Shown here: in pieces, positions 28,231 to 38,768 of the stretch
Position numbering within the stretch: the first letter of the stretch is position 1
How the letters are laid out: every line of letters starts with the position of its first letter
Source: Acidobacteriota bacterium
GTDB taxonomy: Bacteria; Acidobacteriota; JAAYUB01; JAMOQF01
Assembly (NCBI GenBank): GCA_027064125.1
Contig: JAMOQF010000055.1
Span: 1-56,535, forward strand
Length of the DNA stretch: 56,535 bases
Direction of reading: 5' to 3'
The notes under the pieces: model-generated
What the model was told of the DNA's origin: nothing
Seen by the model: only the letters and a program-made list of their open reading frames with translations
Database searches by the model: none
Program-made: the position numbers and the translations under genes

Positions 28231-30097
28231 TTTCCTCTTCCTCTAAGAGTAAAAGTGAATAGTTGGGCTTATAGAAATTTGATATGGCAACTTTTAATTT
28301 TTCATATTCTTCAGGTTTACTATATCTTTTGAGTGTTTCAATTTCCTTTACCACTTTTATAAGGTTATTCTTTTTGTTGTATTTAAATTTCATTGTAAGT
28401 TTAAGTGAATTTCCACTGTAACTGAAATTTTTGAATTCATATAGAGGAATAAAATTTTCAGGAAGTTTTATTTTATAGTTTATAGTTACTTTTGCTGGTT
28501 CTCCCAGGTAAATTGGTAATTTTCTCTTTTCAAGAGAAGTATCTATTTTGATGGTTGTAAATGGAAAGATATTTGGAGGTAATTCCAGAAATAAAATTTT
28601 TCTTTCCTTTAGTCCATATTTTTTTAAGGTTCCTTCTATGGTTAAAACTGCAGGATCTTTTAAATTTTCTATGTTTTCCATTTTAAATTTTAAATCCTTA
28701 CAGTTTAAGTATGAATTGATTCTTTCCTCTATTTCTTTTTTTTCTATTCTATTAAATGAATTTCTACAAAGGAGTGAAAATTCACCCCACAATTTTATTT
28801 TATTTTGAAGTTTGACATCTCCGTTTTTTTCTAAATATAGGTCATAATTTATTATGAAGCCATTTTTTGCAATTTTCCCACAGTCTTCAAAGGATATTTT
28901 CTTGTCTGAAACAAGCATTACGGAATTTCCATTTATAAAAGGGGAATATGGGAAGGAAGAATATTCTGAAAAGGGATTTAAGTATAGAATTTTATCTCCC
29001 AGAGTTATTTTAAGACCCATAAGATTAAATTGGCTCAATGCTGGAATATTTCTTTCTACTTCCAATTTATGTTTTTCAAAGAAAAATATTTTTACATCAA
29101 AATTTAAGGATTTAAGTATCGTATACATTAAGATTGTTTTATCAAGGGTTGTTCCTTTTTTTAGATTTAAAGTCTTGGAAATGTCTGGTTGGAGTTTAAG
29201 TGCCAGATTAAAGGGAATATATATATTTTTTACATTATTTATAGTGTTAAATGTGTTTTCAAGAACTTCCCATTTCTTTTTTGAGTTTTTTTTCAATTCT
29301 AATATTGTTTTTTGAATCTTTTGGGTCAATTCAATGTCTTTTATTTTTTTCAACAACTCCTTTAATCTATCCTGCCAACTACTATAGGTTGAAAAAATTA
29401 AAAGTGGAGAAAAATATTCTTCAGGAGGTGATTGAGGTTCTTTAATTAATGGAGATAGATTTTTTGCATGGAAGTGATAAATTTTATAACCATTCTTCAG
29501 ATAAGATTCATATAGTATTTTTTCTCCATTTTTGAGTTTGAAAAAGAGATCCTTTTTCTGGGGAATTGAAATTGTAATTTCTTCATCTAAAATGGGGTAC
29601 CAGTCCTTTAAAAAGATTTTTCCATCAAGATTTTTCCCCATTTCATTTTTTTTATATCCCACTTCTATTATATATCCTGAATCTAAGTTTTTAAACTTTG
29701 CCACTTTTGAATATATATCTCTGTAATTTACCGGTGTCTCATAAATATCTTCAACAGGTGTAAAAAAACCTGTGGTATCGTAGGTTCCTGCCTGGAAAAA
29801 ATCCACATTTTCTTTATTTTTGATGTATAAAACCCTTAAATTTGAGAATTTTTCAATTCCATTTTTGCTAAAGATTTTGATAATCTGATATACTCTTTTT
29901 TTTATTTTTCCATCTTTTGAAAGTATTATTTCTATATTTCTTTTTATTATTACGTTGTTGGATTCTGGATAATCTTCTTGTGATGGATGGTTTAGATATT
30001 TTTCTATTTCTGGGTTTTTTTGAAATTGAGAGAATGAAAAGATTTCCATCAAAAAAATTAGGATTATTAAAAATAGCATAAATTTATTCTTTATCAT
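28220..30097 (-). CDS. DUF3857/transglutaminase-like paralogue lacking the catalytic triad (probable pseudoenzyme)
   Basis: Collinear with the upstream paralogue. However GTTLDKT replaces GICRDKS (Cys to Thr), FNLMGL replaces FDHSIV (His to Leu) and YLNPF replaces FLDPT (Asp to Asn). Confidence 0.6.
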   Translation of the reverse strand: MIKNKFMLFLIILIFLMEIFSFSQFQKNPEIEKYLNHPSQEDYPESNNVIIKRNIEIILSKDGKIKKRVYQIIKIFSKNGIEKFSNLRVLYIKNKENVDFFQAGTYDTTGFFTPVEDIYETPVNYRDIYSKVAKFKNLDSGYIIEVGYKKNEMGKNLDGKIFLKDWYPILDEEITISIPQKKDLFFKLKNGEKILYESYLKNGYKIYHFHAKNLSPLIKEPQSPPEEYFSPLLIFSTYSSWQDRLKELLKKIKDIELTQKIQKTILELKKNSKKKWEVLENTFNTINNVKNIYIPFNLALKLQPDISKTLNLKKGTTLDKTILMYTILKSLNFDVKIFFFEKHKLEVERNIPALSQFNLMGLKITLGDKILYLNPFSEYSSFPYSPFINGNSVMLVSDKKISFEDCGKIAKNGFIINYDLYLEKNGDVKLQNKIKLWGEFSLLCRNSFNRIEKKEIEERINSYLNCKDLKFKMENIENLKDPAVLTIEGTLKKYGLKERKILFLELPPNIFPFTTIKIDTSLEKRKLPIYLGEPAKVTINYKIKLPENFIPLYEFKNFSYSGNSLKLTMKFKYNKKNNLIKVVKEIETLKRYSKPEEYEKLKVAISNFYKPNYSLLLLEEEENEN

Positions 30098-32051
30098 TTT
30101 TCACCTCTTTTACTGGAAGTTTCACAAGTATAATATATTTTCTCATCCTGATAAATTTTGAACAGAATTCCTTAAATTCATTAAATTCTTCTGGATAAAT
30201 TAAGTCAGTTGAAACTGAGGCAGAAAATGTATAACTTAAATTTTTGCTCTTCCTGTTAAATTTTAATGATAGATGAAAAGGTCCATTTTCATATTTAACG
30301 TCATCTGGAAATGTAATAAATTTATAGTTAGAATTGGGAAGAGTAAATTTTTCTTCATATTTAATTGAAAAGGGGGATATTAGGTGTATAGGGTAATTTC
30401 TTTTTTTCATATCTGAAAGTTTATCAACCATTGGTGTAAAATATGGGTCAAAAATTCCAGTTGTTAAAATTGGTTTAAAAATGAGATATTTACCTACCAT
30501 TATTGGATAATCTTTGGTCTCAATATTGATTAATATTTCTTCATTTGATGTGTAATCATCGGGAGAAGTATAATCTGGAATGATTGGCATTTTAGAATTT
30601 GGGTGGATGTATTTTATCAAACTGTTTAAAAAATAGGGCATATTTCTTGACCCAACTTTTTTTACCAATGACCTTAATAGGGTGTCAAAAATACCTTTAC
30701 CGCTTATTGTTATGGATGTTTTTAATATGTTTCCAACCTCATATTTGGAGGAAGAAATAACTTCAAGTTGATTTTTTTCTGGGGGAATTTGAGGTACTTT
30801 TACTATTTTAGATCCCTTCTGGGTAAGGGGAAGGATGTATCTACCACCTATTGTGGTGGATTCTTTAAATGTTGGAGGAGATGAGGTGGGATCAAGAAAT
30901 ATCTTTTTGCCATTTAGATTTACCATTACAATTGAGTGATCAAAGTATAATGTTGGAATTTTAACGAATGTTTCATAATTAAAATTAGTAAGACATTCCA
31001 CAGGATTTAGCCCCAATTTGCGGAGGAAGGAAATTAACAATATTGATTTATCTCTACATATTCCATGCGATTTTTTAAATGTTACCGATGCTTTCTGGGG
31101 GGGAATAAAAGCCCCTGTGTTAAAGGAATAAGAGTTTAGTTCTATGGTATTTGTAATATAGTGATATATTGAAAATACCCTTTCCTCCAGGTTTTTTTTA
31201 TTTTTTACAAGTTGTTTTAGTTTTTCCTCCATTTCTTTTGAAAAGTCGAAGCATTTTTCACTTTGGTAGAATCCTATTCTGGAAATTTCCTCCCAATTTT
31301 TTATAGTTGATACATACAATGTGGGTGAAATTTCAAAAATAGATGGCATGTATTCTTCAGTTTTTAGTGGGGGAATCTTTTCTACTTTAAAGAGAAATAT
31401 TTTTTTATCTTTTAACTTTTTTTCTATACTTTTAAAATTTCCATTTCTCCAATTGAAAAAAATTTGCATCTTTTCAGGTACCACAATTTCCACTTCTTTA
31501 AGAAGAATTGGAGAAAAATATTTAAATGGAAACATATCTAAAAAGTTGTTCTTTATCTGGGGTTTTATTTTTAATTTTATTGAGTAGTCAATTGAATCTC
31601 CAATTTTTAATTCTGGAAATTTTATGTAAAATTGGAAGAAACCATCATTTTTTTTTCCTGCTTTAGCCTTTCCAATGAAATTATAGGGAACATCGACTAT
31701 TTCTCCATTATTTCTTATTATTCTTGCGTAGTTTAATTCTATTTTTGTGTAATTTTCATTGTAGAAAAAAAGAACATAAGAAAGTTTTTCAACCCCTTTT
31801 TGTGTGAGAATAGTTGAAATTTGGGATAATTCTTCAGTATAGCTTCCATCTTCATTGAGTATAATTTTATTTATTTCTTCATCTAAAACTGTATCTATGT
31901 CTTTAAATTGCTTTGAGAATTCTATTCCCCTTTTTATTTTTGATAATACTATGTTTTTCCCGTCATAAGCAAAGAAATGGGTAGTTAAAAGAGTTAGGAT
32001 TATCAAAAAAATGGTGCCTAATTTTTTCACTGGGAGTTCCTCCGTTTTCAT
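30084..32051 (-). CDS. Transglutaminase-like cysteine protease-fold protein with DUF3857-like N-terminal domain
   Basis: Signal/TM segment. Transglutaminase core HGICRDKSILLISFLRKLGL ... YFDHSIVMV ... FLDPT (Cys-His-Asp). Confidence 0.7.
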   Translation of the reverse strand: MKTEELPVKKLGTIFLIILTLLTTHFFAYDGKNIVLSKIKRGIEFSKQFKDIDTVLDEEINKIILNEDGSYTEELSQISTILTQKGVEKLSYVLFFYNENYTKIELNYARIIRNNGEIVDVPYNFIGKAKAGKKNDGFFQFYIKFPELKIGDSIDYSIKLKIKPQIKNNFLDMFPFKYFSPILLKEVEIVVPEKMQIFFNWRNGNFKSIEKKLKDKKIFLFKVEKIPPLKTEEYMPSIFEISPTLYVSTIKNWEEISRIGFYQSEKCFDFSKEMEEKLKQLVKNKKNLEERVFSIYHYITNTIELNSYSFNTGAFIPPQKASVTFKKSHGICRDKSILLISFLRKLGLNPVECLTNFNYETFVKIPTLYFDHSIVMVNLNGKKIFLDPTSSPPTFKESTTIGGRYILPLTQKGSKIVKVPQIPPEKNQLEVISSSKYEVGNILKTSITISGKGIFDTLLRSLVKKVGSRNMPYFLNSLIKYIHPNSKMPIIPDYTSPDDYTSNEEILINIETKDYPIMVGKYLIFKPILTTGIFDPYFTPMVDKLSDMKKRNYPIHLISPFSIKYEEKFTLPNSNYKFITFPDDVKYENGPFHLSLKFNRKSKNLSYTFSASVSTDLIYPEEFNEFKEFCSKFIRMRKYIILVKLPVKEVKNDKE

Positions 32052-32090
32052 TCATTAAGATGGTAGTATATTAGAAAAAGGATATTAAAA

Positions 32091-32942
32091 TCAAAGGTTT
32101 TTACTCATTTCCTCAAGTCTTCTAATTCTTTCTTCTATTGGCGGATGTGTGGATAGTAATTTTTTGTAAAAATCTTTTCCAGTTAAGGGATTTACAATGA
32201 ACATATGTGCTGTAGAAGGGTTTGCTTCAAGGGGTATCTTTTTTGAGTACATTTCTAATTTCCTCAATGCATTTGCAAGGTATAGGGGATTACCTGAAAT
32301 TTTTGCTCCTCCTTCGTCTGCTAAATATTCTCTTGATCTCGAAATTGCCATTTGAATCAGCATTATGATTATGGAAATGGCGATTGAAAAAATTATGAGT
32401 CCTATCAATCCAAGTATTCCACCTCTGTTGTCCTCGTCATTTGAGAATATCATGGAGTACCTTGCAAGGGTCAAAAGTAAACTAATTGCTCCTGCAATTG
32501 TTGCAGCAACTGTTTGAATCAAAATATCTCTATGCTTAATGTGGGTAAGTTCATGTCCAATAACTCCTTTTAACTCTTCTTTTGTAAGCAATCTTATTAT
32601 CCCTGTGGTCATTGCAACTGCACTGTGATTTGGGTTTCTGCCGGTTGCAAAGGCATTGGGAGATGGTGAATCTATAATGTATATTTTGGGCATTGGCAGG
32701 TTTGCGTTTTTTACAAGTTCTTCAACAAGTGAAAATATTTCGGGGGCATCTTCTCTCTTTATTTCCCTTGCCCTATACATTTTAAGTACTATTTTGTCAC
32801 TAAACCAATACGATATAAAATTCATAAACATTGCCAGGAAAAAGGCAAAGATCATACCTCCTCTTCCACCTATAATACCCCCTATAAAGATAAAAATTAA
32901 TATAAGAGTTGTCATTAAGAAGAAAGTCTTAAATTGGTTCAA
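32091..32942 (-). CDS. htpX: Zinc metalloprotease HtpX
   Basis: Four TM segments, [10 protein letters not shown] and C-terminal [13 protein letters not shown] start with GGGAGGG 6 nt upstream. Confidence 0.95.
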   Translation of the reverse strand: MNQFKTFFLMTTLILIFIFIGGIIGGRGGMIFAFFLAMFMNFISYWFSDKIVLKMYRAREIKREDAPEIFSLVEELVKNANLPMPKIYIIDSPSPNAFATGRNPNHSAVAMTTGIIRLLTKEELKGVIGHELTHIKHRDILIQTVAATIAGAISLLLTLARYSMIFSNDEDNRGGILGLIGLIIFSIAISIIIMLIQMAISRSREYLADEGGAKISGNPLYLANALRKLEMYSKKIPLEANPSTAHMFIVNPLTGKDFYKKLLSTHPPIEERIRRLEEMSKNL

Positions 32943-33039
32943 CTTTTACCCTCCCTTTAAAAATATGTTTAAATAAATATGATAGTATTTTTTTAAAAAA
33001 TTACGAAAAAAATGTGAAATTTTTTGGGGAATGTAAAGT

Positions 33040-33800
33040 TATAGGAACAAAAACTTCTTAAGCATTTTCTTCGTTTGGGAAAAACCTCCATTTGTATGTA
33101 ATCTTTTGATTCCTTAAAACACCTTTTTCCACCCTAAACCTCATTCACTAATCCCATCCAGACTGTTTTTAGAAAGGGAAAAGTTTTACTTTAACTCTTC
33201 GTTTTTTAATTTTTCTTTTTTGCTTAGTACTAAATTTTTAGTTTTTCTCATTCTTTCCTATAAACCCATAGTGGGGATTGTGGGGAAGTGTTTTTAGTCT
33301 GACACCTTTTATTTTTATCCAGATCTTGCCTGACACTAATTTTAATCAAATTCAGGTCTGGCCCCACTTCTTTTTTTCTTACCTGCCCAACACAACATAT
33401 TTGCCTGACACCTTTTGACCTAACATAACATTTTTAGCCTGGCACCTTTCGGCACCTTTCTTAGTATCATTTTCAAGTCTTTTTCAGGTCTTCAGGTTTT
33501 TCCCAATTCCCCCACCAATTTTTCCATCTTTTGTGCTGGGATTCTTAACTCAATTTCTCTAAATGTGGTTCTGTAAGTTCTTTTGTAATAACCCTTTATT
33601 CCAGTTTAATATCTCATAAGGTATTTTTCCTTTTTTTCTAATAAAATTTTTTCAATCAAATCCTTGAAAAGTTTCAAAATACCACGTAAAAATTAAACAT
33701 GCTCATTGTGTTTCACACCGTTTTGGGAAGTTAATTTTAGCCTCCTTCTTTATGATGTAAAAATTTCTTCCTCCTGACACAATTAGTCGTTAAATTATTT
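33040..33800 (-). repeat. Intergenic mosaic repeat locus R4: the same family in inverted orientation
   Basis: The reverse complement carries TTGCCTGACAC (33326, 33401), TTCAGGTCTGGCCCC (33351) and CCTATAAACCCATAGTGGGGATTGTGGGG (33257-33285). Positions 33311-33336 are the exact reverse complement of 18674-18699. Positions 33640-33800 are the inverted counterpart of the R2 left boundary module. Confidence 0.85.
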
Positions 33801-33882
33801 GTTTCTCTACAAAAAATTTTTAAAAATAATTTGAAAAAGTATTAAAATGTTTAAATAGAAATAAATGAAGAGGTTCTAATTT

Positions 33883-36747
33883 ATGCGTTTAAAAACCGTT
33901 ATCTTTTTAGTTTTGTTATTGTTTTTTCCCCTTCTTACTTTAAATAAGGTTATGGGTAGAAATTTGGAAAATTTAGATGATAAAAAAAAAGAGTTGATGA
34001 AGGTAGTTGATGTAACTAAATATTATAAAAACTTTAATTGTATTTCGAAAGAAACTTTTCCTTTTAACCCTTCAACTTGGATAAAAAGATATGGAGGGGA
34101 TTTTGCTGATGAAGCTTATTCTGTTGCTTCTACCACAGATGGAGGATACATTCTTGCTGGGTACACCAATTCATTTGGATTACTTTTTGAGGATGTTCTT
34201 GTTGTAAAAATTACTTCTTCTGGAAAGGTTTTGTGGGCCAAAATGTATGGTGGCAATCTCGTTGACAAGGCAATTTCAATAATTAGAACTTCTAATGATG
34301 AGTTTTTAATTGTTGGATTTACAAGTTCTTTTGGAAATATAAATGGTGATGGCCTTGTGTTTAAAATAAATTCAAATGGAGATGTAATCTGGTCGAGAGT
34401 ATATGGGGGAAATCACATGGATGTCTTTTATTCTGCAGTGGAAAGTAAAGATGGTTATGAAATATTGGGCTATACATATTCCTTTGGTAATGGAAAAGAA
34501 GATATGTGGTTGGTTAAACTAAGTTTTAGTGGATCTCTTTTATGGTCAAAGATATATGGTGGTGTTAAGAGTGATTTGGGCTTAGGTTTGAAAAAGGATT
34601 TTGATGGAGGTCTTTTATTAACTGGTAGAACTGACTCATATGGAAATGATGGAGATATAATTTTGATTAAAGTGGATCAGAAAGGGAGTGTTAAATGGGA
34701 TAAAGTATATAGAGGAGAATGTTTTAATATCATTTATTCTATAGAAAAGACTTCGGATGGTGGATATGTATTAGGGGGAAGTTCAAAGTCTTCCGGTGAT
34801 AATGGATGGGATTTTTTAGTTGTAAAACTTGATTCCAAAGGGTGTGTAGAATGGTCTAAAACTTTTGGGAGCTATAATGATGAAGTTTCTTTTTCTCTTG
34901 TAAGGACAGTGTCTGGATTTTTTTTGGTTGGATATGAATTGGATTCTAATTTTGATTTTTATAGAGGATTATTGTTACGGATTGATAAAAATGGGGATTT
35001 GAATTGGTCTAAAATTTTTGATCAGGGAAGTAGTTATATACCTTATTTTGTAACTAATTCCTCTGAAGGAGGATTTTTAATTGCTGGTGGTTTGGAATCA
35101 GATTATTATGGTAAATATGATTTTTCTCTGTTAAAACTTGGTTCAAATCTTGACATAGAAGGATGTTCTTTTTTTAAAGATTATCATATTTTAGAAAATA
35201 ATATTAATTTAACAGTAACTTCTCCTGATATTATTGAGTATTCACCTTCTACTTCTTCAAGTGAGGTCTTGCTCAATTCCTTAGTGGCTCCAATTAAGGT
35301 TTATAACGTGTGTCCCATTATTCCGTGGGCAAAAATTTATTCTAATGTAAGTAGTAATATTTGCACAAGTATTGTTAAAAGTTCTGATAATAATTATGTA
35401 ATTTTAGGAAATACAAGTTCTCTTGGCAATAGTGATAATGATATTTTAATTTTCAAACTTGATTCATATGGAAATATTATTTGGGCAAAAAATTATGATG
35501 GTGGTGGAGATGATTTTGGAAGTGAAATAGTGGAATCTTGTTATGGTTGTTATATCATTGTTGGAAAGACAAATTCCTTTGGTTCTGGAAATTATGATGT
35601 ACTTGTTATGAAGATTGACGAACTTGGTTCTATTGTTTGGTGTGATGTATTGGGGGCATATTATAATGATTACGGGGGTTCGTTAATTCAAATATCATGT
35701 GATGAACTGGATATAATTGGGTATACCAATTCTTATGGAATTGGTTCATATGATACTTTTGTTGCTAAACTTGATTATAATGGTAATGTAATTTGGTCTA
35801 AGGCTTATGGGAAGAGTAATAAAGATGATAAAGGTCATTTTATATTGAAAACATCAGATGGTGATTTTTTAATAGGTGGAGTTACTGTCTCCACTGGAGA
35901 TTCAAATGGCATAGATTCATTTCTTGTGAAACTTGATGCAAACGGAAATCTTTTATGGTCCAAGACCTATGGAGATGATAGGGATTTGGTTTTTAAATCT
36001 GCGGTAGAAACGGAAGATGGAGGATTTTTAATATTTGGTGAGAGCGTACTTCATGGAATATGGAGAGATTTACTTGTGGTTAGACTCAATTCAACTGGAG
36101 AATTAAAATGGGCAGAGACATTTGAGTGTAAAGGTACTATCCATTTAAATTCGGTTGTTAAAACCTATGATGGGAAATATATGCTTGTTGGAAAATCAAA
36201 TATTTTAAACAATGAGGATGTTTTTGTTATGGAACTTGATTGTGATGGTAATATAATTTTTTCAAAAATCTTTGGTTCGGATGGAAACGAGGAGGCTTTT
36301 TCTGTTGAGGAAATTTGTAAAGATTGGTCTTTTATAATTGGGAAAGCAGATTCTTTTGGAAATGGAAGAAGTGATATATTGCTCTTAAAATTACCTTATT
36401 TGGGAGATTTTAACTATTGCCCCTATTTAAGAGATTTTTATCCTTCCCCAGTTAAAATGGATTTGGTTGAAAAATCTGAAGATATTACAGTAACTCCCTT
36501 TATGTTTCATGAGGATGAGAATTGTTATTTTATGGATAGAAATGTTTCCTTAGAACAAACTAAAATATGTCCTCTTTTAGGAGATCTGGATGGGAATGGG
36601 ATTGTAAATATAAATGATGTTTTATTACTTAAAGAATATCTTGTGGGGAATTTTCTGGATATAGAAAGGGGCATGGCTGATATGGATGAAAGTGGAAGGA
36701 TAGATAATGTTGATTTGATGTTGCTTTTATTTAAGTTAAGCAGATAG
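33883..36747 (+). CDS. Secreted tandem-repeat protein (about 14 beta-propeller-type blades in two blocks) with a C-terminal dockerin-type module
   Basis: Signal peptide. Fourteen ~50-60 aa repeats of the form W.K.YGG...D.A.S...T.DGGY.L.G.T.SFG.G..D.L..KL...G.... The C-terminus is CPLLGDLDGNGIVNINDVLLLKEYL...DMDESGRIDNVDLMLLL. Confidence 0.7.
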   Translation: MRLKTVIFLVLLLFFPLLTLNKVMGRNLENLDDKKKELMKVVDVTKYYKNFNCISKETFPFNPSTWIKRYGGDFADEAYSVASTTDGGYILAGYTNSFGLLFEDVLVVKITSSGKVLWAKMYGGNLVDKAISIIRTSNDEFLIVGFTSSFGNINGDGLVFKINSNGDVIWSRVYGGNHMDVFYSAVESKDGYEILGYTYSFGNGKEDMWLVKLSFSGSLLWSKIYGGVKSDLGLGLKKDFDGGLLLTGRTDSYGNDGDIILIKVDQKGSVKWDKVYRGECFNIIYSIEKTSDGGYVLGGSSKSSGDNGWDFLVVKLDSKGCVEWSKTFGSYNDEVSFSLVRTVSGFFLVGYELDSNFDFYRGLLLRIDKNGDLNWSKIFDQGSSYIPYFVTNSSEGGFLIAGGLESDYYGKYDFSLLKLGSNLDIEGCSFFKDYHILENNINLTVTSPDIIEYSPSTSSSEVLLNSLVAPIKVYNVCPIIPWAKIYSNVSSNICTSIVKSSDNNYVILGNTSSLGNSDNDILIFKLDSYGNIIWAKNYDGGGDDFGSEIVESCYGCYIIVGKTNSFGSGNYDVLVMKIDELGSIVWCDVLGAYYNDYGGSLIQISCDELDIIGYTNSYGIGSYDTFVAKLDYNGNVIWSKAYGKSNKDDKGHFILKTSDGDFLIGGVTVSTGDSNGIDSFLVKLDANGNLLWSKTYGDDRDLVFKSAVETEDGGFLIFGESVLHGIWRDLLVVRLNSTGELKWAETFECKGTIHLNSVVKTYDGKYMLVGKSNILNNEDVFVMELDCDGNIIFSKIFGSDGNEEAFSVEEICKDWSFIIGKADSFGNGRSDILLLKLPYLGDFNYCPYLRDFYPSPVKMDLVEKSEDITVTPFMFHEDENCYFMDRNVSLEQTKICPLLGDLDGNGIVNINDVLLLKEYLVGNFLDIERGMADMDESGRIDNVDLMLLLFKLSR

Positions 36748-36840
36748 ATTTGGTGTCAGGCACGAAAAAATAAAAATTTTTAAAACTTTAATGACCATTC
36801 TGGTATCTAATTAAAAAAGGAATTAATTTAAAAGGGGGAT

Positions 36841-36874
36841 AAAAAAAAGAGCAGGTAAGGGGGAACCCTGCTCT
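36841..36874 (-). terminator. Rho-independent terminator after tsf
   Basis: On the minus strand AGAGCAGG pairs with CCTGCTCT (36848-36855 / 36867-36874) around an 11-nt loop, followed by a U8 tract (A8 at 36841-36848 on the plus strand). Confidence 0.7.
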
Positions 36875-36905
36875 TCGGATGATATAACAGGGGACGGGAG
36901 AACAA

Positions 36906-37496
36906 TTATCCTATTTCATATCTTACAAAACGTTTAACCTGGATATTTTCTCCCAATTTTAAAATCATATCAGAAATATACTCATTTACCTTTTTAGAAT
37001 CGTCTTTAATATATTCCTGTTCAAGCAAACAATTTTCCTCAAAGAATTTATTTAACTTACCTTCAACTATTTTGTCAATAATATTTTCAGGTTTTTTTGA
37101 ATCTTTTAACTGATCTCTGTAAATATTTTTTTCTTTTTCAATGACTTCCGTTGGAACTGAATCTCTGTCAATCCATTTGGGATTAGCAGAAGCAATTTGC
37201 ATTGCAAGATTTCTTACAAATGTCTGAAACTCTTCATTTTTAGCAACAAAGTCTGTTTCACATCCAACTTCAATCATTACTCCTATCTTTTTATTTGAAT
37301 GGATATAGGCCTCTATAACCCCTTCTTTAGTTGTTCTGCCAGATTTTTTCTCGGCTGCAGCCAATCCCTTTTTCCTGAGATATTCTATGGCCTTTTCCAT
37401 ATCTCCATTTGTTGCCTGTAGTGCTTCTTTGCAGGCCATCATTCCTACGCCAGTTTTTTCGCGTAGTTCTTTAACCATTTGTGCTGTTATAGCCAT
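36906..37496 (-). CDS. tsf: Elongation factor Ts (short form)
   Basis: [26 protein letters not shown] is the canonical UBA-like N-terminus. 196 aa. Confidence 0.95.
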   Translation of the reverse strand: MAITAQMVKELREKTGVGMMACKEALQATNGDMEKAIEYLRKKGLAAAEKKSGRTTKEGVIEAYIHSNKKIGVMIEVGCETDFVAKNEEFQTFVRNLAMQIASANPKWIDRDSVPTEVIEKEKNIYRDQLKDSKKPENIIDKIVEGKLNKFFEENCLLEQEYIKDDSKKVNEYISDMILKLGENIQVKRFVRYEIG

Positions 37497-37511
37497 TTTT
37501 TTCCTCCAATT

Positions 37512-38315
37512 TTATTCTTCTTCTTTAATTGTTTCTGTAACTTCTTCACTATTTTTTTCTTCTTCGATTTTTTCTTCCTTTTCCTCTTCTTCTACTTTAT
37601 CCTTTTCCTCTACCATTTGATCCTGCATTCTTAAGTTTGTTCCTTCTATTATAGCATCTGCCAGTTTTGAGGTAATAAGTCTTACAGATCTGAGAGCATC
37701 ATCATTTCCAGGTATGACATAGTCAATTAGATCTGGATCACAGTTAGTATCCACAAGTGCAACTATTGGGGTGTTTGTTTTATTCCCCTCTTTAACGGCA
37801 ATTTCTTCGTTACTTGGGTCTATAACTATCAAAACATCGGGTAAATCTTCCATTCCTATTATTCCGCCAAGATTTCTTTCAAGTTTTCTTCTCCTTCTTT
37901 CAAGCCTCGATACCTCTTTTTTGGGAAGTTCGTCGAAGGTTCCATTTTCCTTCATTTCATTTAACATTTGAAGTTTTTTAATGGAATTTTTTACAGTTTT
38001 CCAGTTTGTCAAGAGTCCGCCCGGCCAGCGATTTATTATATAAAATTGTCCACATCTTTCTGCTTCTTCTTTTACCGCATCTTGAGCCTGTCTCTTTGTT
38101 CCAACGAATAGGAATTTTTTCCCTTCACGGGCGGCCTGAATAACAAAATCTGTTGTTTCTTTAAACAACTGCATTGTTTTTTGTAAGTCTATAATGTGGA
38201 TTCCATTTCTTGCCCCAAATATATATGGTTTCATTTTGGGGTTCCATCTTCTTGTCTGGTGACCAAAATGAACACCAGCTTCAAGTAGTGCTTTCATAGA
38301 TATTGTAACCAACAA
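37512..38315 (-). CDS. rpsB: 30S ribosomal protein S2 with an acidic C-terminal tail
   Basis: [26 protein letters not shown] is canonical. The C-terminal ~35 residues are Glu/Lys-rich. Confidence 0.95.
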   Translation of the reverse strand: MLVTISMKALLEAGVHFGHQTRRWNPKMKPYIFGARNGIHIIDLQKTMQLFKETTDFVIQAAREGKKFLFVGTKRQAQDAVKEEAERCGQFYIINRWPGGLLTNWKTVKNSIKKLQMLNEMKENGTFDELPKKEVSRLERRRRKLERNLGGIIGMEDLPDVLIVIDPSNEEIAVKEGNKTNTPIVALVDTNCDPDLIDYVIPGNDDALRSVRLITSKLADAIIEGTNLRMQDQMVEEKDKVEEEEKEEKIEEEKNSEEVTETIKEEE

Positions 38316-38355
38316 TGCCTCCTAATAAAAAATTTTTTAAAAAACATATAAAATA

Positions 38356-38751
38356 TTATCTCTTTGAGAACTGAGGTCTCCTTCTTGCACCTTTGAGACC
38401 ATATTTTTTTCTCTCTTTCATCCTTGAATCTCTACGTAAGTATCCAGCCTGTTTTAACTTCTGCCTCAGTTCAATATTAAAATGAACAAGAGCCTGAGCG
38501 ATACCATGCCTTATTGCTCCTGCCTGTGCCATTAAACCACCGCCTTTTACTTTTATCAGGATATTAAATTTATCTGCATATCCTGTAAGTAATAATGGCT
38601 GCATCACAAGGGTCTTCTGAGAAACTGTTTTAAAATATTCATTGATATCCTTTTTGTTGATAACGATTTTCCCATTTCCAGGCCTTAAATAAACTCTTGC
38701 AACGGCGGTTTTTCTTCTTCCAGTTGCATAGTATTCTATTTGTTCACTCAA
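38356..38751 (-). CDS. rpsI: 30S ribosomal protein S9
   Basis: YATGRRKTAVARV...GGG..GQAGA.RHGI(A)RAL...RRDSR..ERKK.G...ARR..QFSKR. Confidence 0.95.
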   Translation of the reverse strand: MSEQIEYYATGRRKTAVARVYLRPGNGKIVINKKDINEYFKTVSQKTLVMQPLLLTGYADKFNILIKVKGGGLMAQAGAIRHGIAQALVHFNIELRQKLKQAGYLRRDSRMKERKKYGLKGARRRPQFSKR

Positions 38752-38768
38752 TTTTCATCTCCTTAAAA

